From positions 1-48,832 of the forward strand of contig JBBSAN010000001.1 of assembly GCA_038252265.1 (NCBI GenBank): a stretch of 48,832 nucleotides of DNA. The letters are read 5' to 3'. The first letter of the stretch is position 1, and each line of letters starts with the position of its first letter. Positions 43,152 through 48,832 of the stretch are shown one piece after another. Under the pieces are notes generated by a model that was not told the origin of the DNA, made no database searches, and saw nothing but the letters and a program-made list of their open reading frames with translations. Made by a program: the position numbers and the translations under genes. This DNA is from Chloroflexia bacterium (GTDB lineage Bacteria > Chloroflexota > Chloroflexia > QHBQ01 > JAICKM01).

Positions 43152-45179
43152 CTAGCGCCGGGCGGGGGTCGCGCAATTGGGGAAGAAGGCCGCAGCGGCA
43201 ATCTTGCTCATCTGCCCACGGGTGGCATTGTTGTTCGGGCGGAAGTAGGGGCGGTTGCCTGGCGCGACGCACGGCTCGAACGCCCCGCCGCAGGGATAGC
43301 CGCCGACGATGCCCCGGCCCGCGACCCGCTCGATCCACAGGTAGAAGGTGCTGCCGGGGGGCACGTCCTCGAAGGTCTGGCCGGTGGGCGTTTCGGTCCA
43401 GCTCGCCGCGCCGGAGACGATTTTAGAGAGCTGGCCGCGCGTGACCGGGTTGTTGGGCCGGAAGTAGGGGCGATTCGTCGGGGCGACGCACGGCTCAAAC
43501 GGCCCGCCGCAGGGATAGCCGCCGATGATGCCCCGTGTGCTCAACCGCTCGATGTAGAGATGGAAGGTGCTGCCGGGGGCGACATCCGCGAAGGTCTGCT
43601 GGGTGCTCGGCACCGGGTCGCCCAGGCTCGCCGACTCGGACACAATCTTGGCGACCTGTCCCCGCGTGACATTGGTGTTGGGGCGGAAATAGGTGCCGGG
43701 GCACGGCTCCCCCGGCCCGCCGCAGGGATAGCCCCCGACGATGCCCCGGCACGCCAGGCAGCGCACAAAGCTGTAGAACGTGCTGCCGGACGGCACATCA
43801 GCGAACTGGACCGGGCAGGTGGTGGGTGACGCGGTGGCGGTCGCCGTGCCGGTGGCCGGGGCACCGGTAGCGGTCGGTGGAGCGGCGGACGGCGTACTAC
43901 CCGGCGCGGTGGGGGTGGCAGACGGCGTGTTGCCCGGCGCGGTGGGGGTCGGCGTATTGACCGGCGGGGGAGTGGAGGTCGGGGTGACCAGCCCGCAGGT
44001 GCTGATGAAGACTGAGATATTATCGGTGTTCTCGTTCGCCGTAAACATGTCGAGCAGGGCGTCCGCGTTAAACTGGCCGCCGATGACGGCCACCGGGCTG
44101 GTTCCCGTCCCCGTCGGGAAGGTCAGCGCCGCCTGGAACGTGCCGTCGCCGTTGCCGCGCAGGATCGCCGCCGTGTTGCTGCCATAGTTCGCGCTCGCCA
44201 GGTCCAGCGTGCCGTCGCCGTCGAAGTCGGCCACCGAGGCGAACAGCGGGTTCACCCCGCCTGACGGGTAAAGGGCTTCCGGTTGGAACAGCCCGTTGCC
44301 CATCCCCAGCATAACCGACACGTTGTTGGTTGCGTAATGGGGGATGATCAGGTCGGGATGGTTATCGTTGTTGAGTTCGGCCACGGTGAGGTAGTCGGGA
44401 CCATCCTGCACCGGGTAGGCCACGGCTGCCTGGAACGTGCCATTGCCGTTGCCGCGCAGGATCGAAAAGCTGGAGGCGCTGTAGTTCGGCACGACCAGAT
44501 CGAGATGGTTATCGTTGTTGAAATCGGCGGTGGCGATCACCTGCGGGCGCAGCCCCGCCGCATAGGCGACGGGGGCCTGGAGCGAGCCGGTACCGTTGCC
44601 CAGCATGACGTTGACATTGCCGAAATTGACGTTCGAGACGGCGACATCCAGGTGTGTGTCTTCATTAAAGTCGCCCACCGTGGCCCCGTAGGCCCCGATG
44701 CCGGAGGCATAGTTGGTCGCTGGTTGGAAGGTGCCGGTGCCCGTACCGATCAAGATCGAGACATTGCTGGAGTCGTAGTTGGCGACGACCAGATCGGGCT
44801 TGGTGTCCTCGTTGAAGTCGCCGACGGCCACGGTCACCGGGTGGACGCCCACGGTGTAGTTGGCGCTGGGCTGAAAGGTGCCGTCGCCGTTGCCGAGCAA
44901 CACCGACACTGCGTTGGCCGAGTAGTCGGTCACGACGATGTCCGGGTAGGTATCGGCGTTGAGGGTTGCCAGGGTGGCACTGCGCGGGCGGGTGCTGGCG
45001 GGGTAGGGGACCGGGGCGGCGAAACTGGGGGGGCCGCACGCCCCGCTGGGGGCAGCGGGGGCCGGACTGGCCGAGGGGGAGGCCGCGTGTGCGGCACCCA
45101 GCGCCAGGACCCCCAGCAGAGCCAGTACCGGCAGCAGCAGCAACACCGCCCCTATTTTCTGAGATGAATGCGCCGTCAT
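43152..45179 (-). CDS. Secreted FG-GAP/VCBS-repeat protein with Pro/Thr linker and three C-terminal SLH-like repeats
   Basis: Signal peptide MTAHSSQKIGAVLLLLPVLALLGVLALGAAHA. Seven or more repeats of the type DFNxDxxxDLVVxNxxSxxVSVLLGNGxGTFQ. Linker TPTSTPPPVNTPTPTAPGNTPSATPT. Three copies of F(A/E)DVxxGSTFY..I..L..RGI(V/I)GGYPCGGxxEPC...YFRPNxxxTRGQ. ATG 45179 is preceded by GGGAGGA; the ORF-track extension to 45479 is rejected. Confidence 0.85.
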   Translation of the reverse strand: MTAHSSQKIGAVLLLLPVLALLGVLALGAAHAASPSASPAPAAPSGACGPPSFAAPVPYPASTRPRSATLATLNADTYPDIVVTDYSANAVSVLLGNGDGTFQPSANYTVGVHPVTVAVGDFNEDTKPDLVVANYDSSNVSILIGTGTGTFQPATNYASGIGAYGATVGDFNEDTHLDVAVSNVNFGNVNVMLGNGTGSLQAPVAYAAGLRPQVIATADFNNDNHLDLVVPNYSASSFSILRGNGNGTFQAAVAYPVQDGPDYLTVAELNNDNHPDLIIPHYATNNVSVMLGMGNGLFQPEALYPSGGVNPLFASVADFDGDGTLDLASANYGSNTAAILRGNGDGTFQAALTFPTGTGTSPVAVIGGQFNADALLDMFTANENTDNISVFISTCGLVTPTSTPPPVNTPTPTAPGNTPSATPTAPGSTPSAAPPTATGAPATGTATATASPTTCPVQFADVPSGSTFYSFVRCLACRGIVGGYPCGGPGEPCPGTYFRPNTNVTRGQVAKIVSESASLGDPVPSTQQTFADVAPGSTFHLYIERLSTRGIIGGYPCGGPFEPCVAPTNRPYFRPNNPVTRGQLSKIVSGAASWTETPTGQTFEDVPPGSTFYLWIERVAGRGIVGGYPCGGAFEPCVAPGNRPYFRPNNNATRGQMSKIAAAAFFPNCATPARR

Positions 45180-45260
45180 TGTCGTCCTCCCTGGGTCCGG
45201 ATGGTGCGTGGTTGGCGAGGTCGCCTCGTCGGGTGGCCGTCCGATCCCGCGCCGGTGCTG

Positions 45261-45269
45261 GGCATTATA
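45261..45269 (-). promoter_or_regulatory. Extended -10 promoter (TGCTATAAT on the minus strand) for the FG-GAP gene
   Basis: Plus strand 45264-45269 ATTATA is TATAAT on the minus strand, preceded there by TGC. About 85 nt upstream of ATG 45179. Confidence 0.45.
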
Positions 45270-45640
45270 GCACAGATTCCGGCCCCGTTCGCGGTCAGGC
45301 GCAGCGGCTTCTGCCGCCATCCACGGCACCGGGGCCGGGGCCGATCGATCCGCCCGCCGTACACTCCGGCTGCTCCGCATTTTTGGCGCGGCGTACTCTT
45401 GCTGCACCCGCTGTGTGACGATGGTTGACCGATAGTGCCTGGGTAAAATTAGAGCGCGGTGCTTAATCGCGGGCCACATACCGCCATGTCGGGCACATTG
45501 CGTGTGTCGTGCGGTCCCGCGCCTTCATTATGTGACGGCCATCAAGTGCCCGCGCCGCGTGGGTCGAGTGATGTTGCAAGCCATCTGTGCGTGGGCAACC
45601 GTTTGCCGACAAATAGGTGTAAATTGATCGGGTTAGGCCC

Positions 45641-45669
45641 TTGACTCTCCGCCGCATTTCCCCTATCAT
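45641..45669 (+). promoter_or_regulatory. Sigma-70 promoter (TTGACT-17-TATCAT) for the large beta-helix protein gene
   Basis: -35 at 45641-45646, a 17-bp spacer, -10 at 45664-45669. Confidence 0.55.
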
Positions 45670-45780
45670 CCTCTTTGGAGAAGATCATTGCCCCTCACGC
45701 CCGATGTGCTTTGCTCCACCCCCCGGACCCCGCTACTTACTCGATCTGCCCGCAGCCCCCTATATTCATAAGGAGACCCT

Positions 45781-48700
45781 GTGAAGCCACAAAGATCAAG
45801 TCCTCGGTTTATTGTGCGGTCCGTTCTTGCGCTCTTGCTATTGGAACTATTGACCCTCAACCCCGGCTTATCGGCAATCCGGGCTGCCCAGCCTTCGGCC
45901 AGCGGGGCGGCTCAGATCCCGGCCAGCAGAATATCAACCTCGGCTCCGGTTGCCGCCCCGCTGGCCGCGCCCAACATCACCGCCGGTAAGATCGATGGGA
46001 TCGCGGTGGATAATGACAGCGATGGCCGGGTGGATCCCGGCGATACGATCAGCTACACCGTGACGATCACCAACAACGGCAGCAGCGACGCCACCGGCGT
46101 CTCGTTTGACGATACCCCCGACGCCAACACGACCATCGTTCCCGGTTCGATTGATGTGTCCCCCATTGCCTTCGCCGATGCTTATAACGCGGTGGGCAAT
46201 ACCGCCCTGGCGGTCGGCGTTGCCGAAGCGGGGCCGCATGTGACCGTTCCCGCCAGCAGCGGCCTGCTGGCGAATGACACCGACCCCGACGGCACCTTCA
46301 CCCTCAGCGCCGCCGACAGCACTTCGGCCCAGGGCGGCACCGTCAGCGTCAACCCCAACGGCACCTTCAGCTACCTGCCGCCGACCGGCTTCACCGGCAC
46401 CGACACCTTCCACTACACCATCACCGACGGCCAGGGGCTGTCCAGCACCGGCACGGCCACGATCACCGTCGCCGGGCGGGTCTGGTATGTGGATGACTCC
46501 GCCGGGGCCGGGGGCACAGGCCGCTCCCGCGAGCCGTTCAACGCCGTCACCGCCACCAACATCAACGGCCCCGCCGGTGCGGGCGACCAGGATGCGGCGG
46601 GCGATGTGCTCTACCTGTTCAGTGGTAGCTACTCTACCAGCCTGATCCTGGAGGCGAACCAGTCGCTGATCGGCCAGGGCGTGGCGCTGGTGGTCAACAG
46701 CCTCACCCTCCAGCCGGCGGGCACCCGCCCGGTCGTCGCCAATCCGGCGGGTGATATCGTCACCCTGGCCGCCAACACCACCGTCCAGGGCCTCGATCTG
46801 GGCGCGGCGGCGGCAGCGGGGACCAAGATCAAGGGCACCGGCCCCCTCGCCGGCACGATCACGATTGATACCGTCGCCATGACGGCGGGCACTGCCGGGC
46901 AGGCGGTAGATATTTCCAGCGCCAGCCTCGCCGTCACCCTCGACAGCGCCGTCTCGGTCTCGGCGGGCGCGAACACCAACCGGGGCATCCACCTCGACAC
47001 CGTGACCGGCAGCTTCACCGTCAACGGCGGCACGATTAGCGGCGCGGGCCTGGACGGCGTGTCTTTGCAGACCGCCCAGAACGTGTCGCTGAACGGCATG
47101 ACCATCACCAACAACAACGGCAGCGGCGTGGCGGGTAGCACCCTGACCAACTTCACCCTGACGAACAGCAGCGTGACCAACAACGATGCTGACAACCTCG
47201 GCCCGAGCGACTCCGGTCTGTTCTTCAGCAACCTGCTGGGGACAGGCGCGATCACCGGTTCGACGGTGAGCGGCACGAAGGGCGATAATATCCGCCTGGA
47301 GCAGAGCAGCGGCACGCTGACCAACCTGACGATCAGCGGCTCGACCGTCGGCCCCAACCCGGCAGTGACCGGAGGGAATGGCTTGACCCTGCTGACCACT
47401 GGCACCGCCGTCGCCAAGATCACCGTCAGCGGGGCCAGCCTCTTCACCGGCAACCAGGGCAGCGGGTTCTTGACCACGGTTGCGTCGGGTACATCGGCCA
47501 CGCTGAGCCTCAGCAACTCGACCTTCCAGGACAACAATACCAATATCGATCTAGCCAGCAGCGGCACCGGCACGCAGAACTTCAATATCAGCGGCAACAC
47601 TCTGCTGCGGGCGGCCAGCAACGCGATCAACCTCGTCGGTGATGGGCAGATCAACGGCACCGTCAGCGGCAACACCATCGGCAACGGCACTGCCGACTCG
47701 GGGTCGCGCGACGCCAACGGGATCGGGGTCAGCCACCGCAGCAACCTGGCCTGGCGGCTGGCGATCACCAACAACACCATCCGCAACACCGACTTCGAGG
47801 GCATCTTCGCCCGCTCCGGCGATGTGACGGGCAACACCGGCTCCCTCGATCTGACCGTCACCGGCAACACGGTCGCCCCGCCGGATGACAACTCCGGCTT
47901 CCCCGTATCACCGAATGGCATCCATGTGCGGTCGCGGCAGGCCACCAGCCTCTGCGCCAACATCGCCACCAATGAGAGCCAGGGCAAGAACGGCGGGGTC
48001 GGTTATTCACTCACGCGCAGTAACACCTCGCAGTACCGGATGCAGGGCTTCACCGTCAACGCGGCGACGACCCTCGTGGCTAACCTGAACACCACCGCCG
48101 GTGGTGCGCCAACGAGCATAACCGCCGGTGAGCCGTTCCAGGGCGCCTGTACGGCCCAGTTGCCGCCCCCCGTCAGCGCGGCCCCCCTTGGGGTGGCAAG
48201 CAATCCCACCGGCCCGGTGGTGAGCCAGGCGCGCGGCCCACTCAGCGGCTCAGCGACCCAGACCCTCTCGGTCCGCCCGATGGCTAAGACCGCCGGGATG
48301 CCCCATACCGTGGCGCAGGGCCTGGCCCACACAGCCTCCTTCGTCCCGCCGCAAGCTCCCAGTTTCCCGGTGAGTATCGGCACCTTGCCCGCCGGGCAAT
48401 CGGTGACGATCATCTTCCGGGTGCTGGTAGATGGGCCACCGTTGCCGGGGGTGACCAGTGTGGCGAACCAGGGCACGGTCTCCGGCTCGAACTTCTCCGA
48501 CGTGCTGACCGACGATCCGCGCACCGCTGCTCCTAACGACCCGACGGTGACGCAGATTGACCAGCCGCCGACGGCGACGCCAACCCCGACCGATACGCCG
48601 ACCAACACGCCGACCAACACGCCGACGGAAACGCCGACCGATACGCCGACGAACACCCCTACGGATACCCCCACGGTGACGCCGACGAACACGCCGACGA

Positions 48701-48832
48701 ATACGCCGACCGATACGCCGACGAACACGCCGACGAACACGCCGACGAACACGCCGACGAACACGCCGACGACCACGCCGACGAACACGCCGACGACCAC
48801 GCACACGAACGCGCCCACGATCACGCCCACGA
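45781..48832 (+). CDS. Large secreted surface protein (partial, >1017 aa): DUF11-like and cadherin/Ig-like domains, right-handed parallel beta-helix (PbH1) repeats, C-terminal PT-repeat linker; runs off the window
   Basis: My translation from GTG 45781 (RBS AAGGAG, 5-nt spacer) starts VKPQRSSPRFIVRSVLALLLLELLTL (signal-like). It continues GDTISYTVTITNNGSSDATGVSFDDT (DUF11-like), LLANDTDPDG...FSYLPPTGFTGTDTFHYTITDG (cadherin/Ig-like), and many NxxGxG/TLTNxTxxNSxV beta-helix rungs. The frame is open to base 48832, so it is absent from the ORF track. The antisense ORFs 45934..46992, 46629..47987 and 48003..48830 are shadows. Confidence 0.85.
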   Translation, partial: MKPQRSSPRFIVRSVLALLLLELLTLNPGLSAIRAAQPSASGAAQIPASRISTSAPVAAPLAAPNITAGKIDGIAVDNDSDGRVDPGDTISYTVTITNNGSSDATGVSFDDTPDANTTIVPGSIDVSPIAFADAYNAVGNTALAVGVAEAGPHVTVPASSGLLANDTDPDGTFTLSAADSTSAQGGTVSVNPNGTFSYLPPTGFTGTDTFHYTITDGQGLSSTGTATITVAGRVWYVDDSAGAGGTGRSREPFNAVTATNINGPAGAGDQDAAGDVLYLFSGSYSTSLILEANQSLIGQGVALVVNSLTLQPAGTRPVVANPAGDIVTLAANTTVQGLDLGAAAAAGTKIKGTGPLAGTITIDTVAMTAGTAGQAVDISSASLAVTLDSAVSVSAGANTNRGIHLDTVTGSFTVNGGTISGAGLDGVSLQTAQNVSLNGMTITNNNGSGVAGSTLTNFTLTNSSVTNNDADNLGPSDSGLFFSNLLGTGAITGSTVSGTKGDNIRLEQSSGTLTNLTISGSTVGPNPAVTGGNGLTLLTTGTAVAKITVSGASLFTGNQGSGFLTTVASGTSATLSLSNSTFQDNNTNIDLASSGTGTQNFNISGNTLLRAASNAINLVGDGQINGTVSGNTIGNGTADSGSRDANGIGVSHRSNLAWRLAITNNTIRNTDFEGIFARSGDVTGNTGSLDLTVTGNTVAPPDDNSGFPVSPNGIHVRSRQATSLCANIATNESQGKNGGVGYSLTRSNTSQYRMQGFTVNAATTLVANLNTTAGGAPTSITAGEPFQGACTAQLPPPVSAAPLGVASNPTGPVVSQARGPLSGSATQTLSVRPMAKTAGMPHTVAQGLAHTASFVPPQAPSFPVSIGTLPAGQSVTIIFRVLVDGPPLPGVTSVANQGTVSGSNFSDVLTDDPRTAAPNDPTVTQIDQPPTATPTPTDTPTNTPTNTPTETPTDTPTNTPTDTPTVTPTNTPTNTPTDTPTNTPTNTPTNTPTNTPTTTPTNTPTTTHTNAPTITPT
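48571..48832 (+). repeat. 12-bp in-frame tandem repeat encoding (T-P-T-x)n linker
   Basis: ACGCCGAC(G/C)(A/G)A(C/T) units repeated more than 20 times (TPTNTPTDTPTETPT...), continuing to the window edge. Confidence 0.9.

Noticed and set aside
45934-48830. Three long minus-strand ORFs (45934..46992, 46629..47987, 48003..48830), the last with a striking VGVFVGV repeat
   Set aside because: They mirror the plus-strand beta-helix/PT-repeat gene, which has an RBS, a signal sequence and recognisable domains. The VGVFVGV periodicity is just the reverse complement of the TPTNTPT repeat.
48571-48832. Regular short repeats that could be mistaken for a CRISPR array
   Set aside because: The period is 12 bp with no spacers. 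The repeats are in frame and encode a Pro/Thr linker inside a CDS.

Overview
GC-rich (above 60% by eye) bacterial chromosomal window. TPTxTPT linker repeats, FG-GAP/SLH-like and beta-helix surface proteins, GTG/TTG starts and large STAND-type regulators suggest a filamentous Chloroflexota-like genome (inference only). 1-15.4 kb holds the 3' end of a group II intron (domains V and VI), a 7-bp tandem repeat array, then ordinary genes: EamA transporter, D-2-hydroxyacid dehydrogenase, cell-wall amidase, OmpR-type two-component pair, cupredoxin lipoprotein, GT2, GH38 alpha-mannosidase, threonine-dehydratase-like PLP enzyme, two membrane proteins and an SDR. 16.0-41.4 kb is the notable part, an apparent bipartite RiPP-type supercluster. 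Half A has an ATPase-TPR regulator ending in a SARP (OmpR-wHTH + BTAD) module, a 143-aa peptide ending in CCCCTPCCC, a B12-binding radical SAM enzyme and an asymmetric heterodimeric ABC exporter whose second subunit carries a C-terminal cNMP-binding domain. It also has a 73-aa NHLP/Nif11-leader-like peptide and a translationally coupled GAF protein plus cytoplasmic subtilase. Half B has a class III nucleotide cyclase-ATPase-TPR protein and a TOMM-type operon: E1-like leader-binding protein, YcaO with C-terminal PxPxP, SagB dehydrogenase, a 778-aa protein with no recognisable catalytic motif, a Rieske oxygenase and an alpha/beta hydrolase. An ABC-2 transporter and a LiaF-like protein follow. 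No precursor gene lies next to the TOMM genes. Both halves are preceded by nearly identical SARP-box promoters (two GTCACYN heptamers 11 bp apart, 8 bp from TATAAA), which argues for one co-regulated system. 42-48.8 kb holds a second alpha/beta hydrolase, an FG-GAP protein with three Cys-bearing SLH-like repeats, and a >1017-aa secreted beta-helix protein that runs off the window inside a 12-bp PT-repeat tract. Many long antisense ORFs in the supplied track are GC-driven shadow ORFs. No rRNA, tRNA or CRISPR array was recognised.
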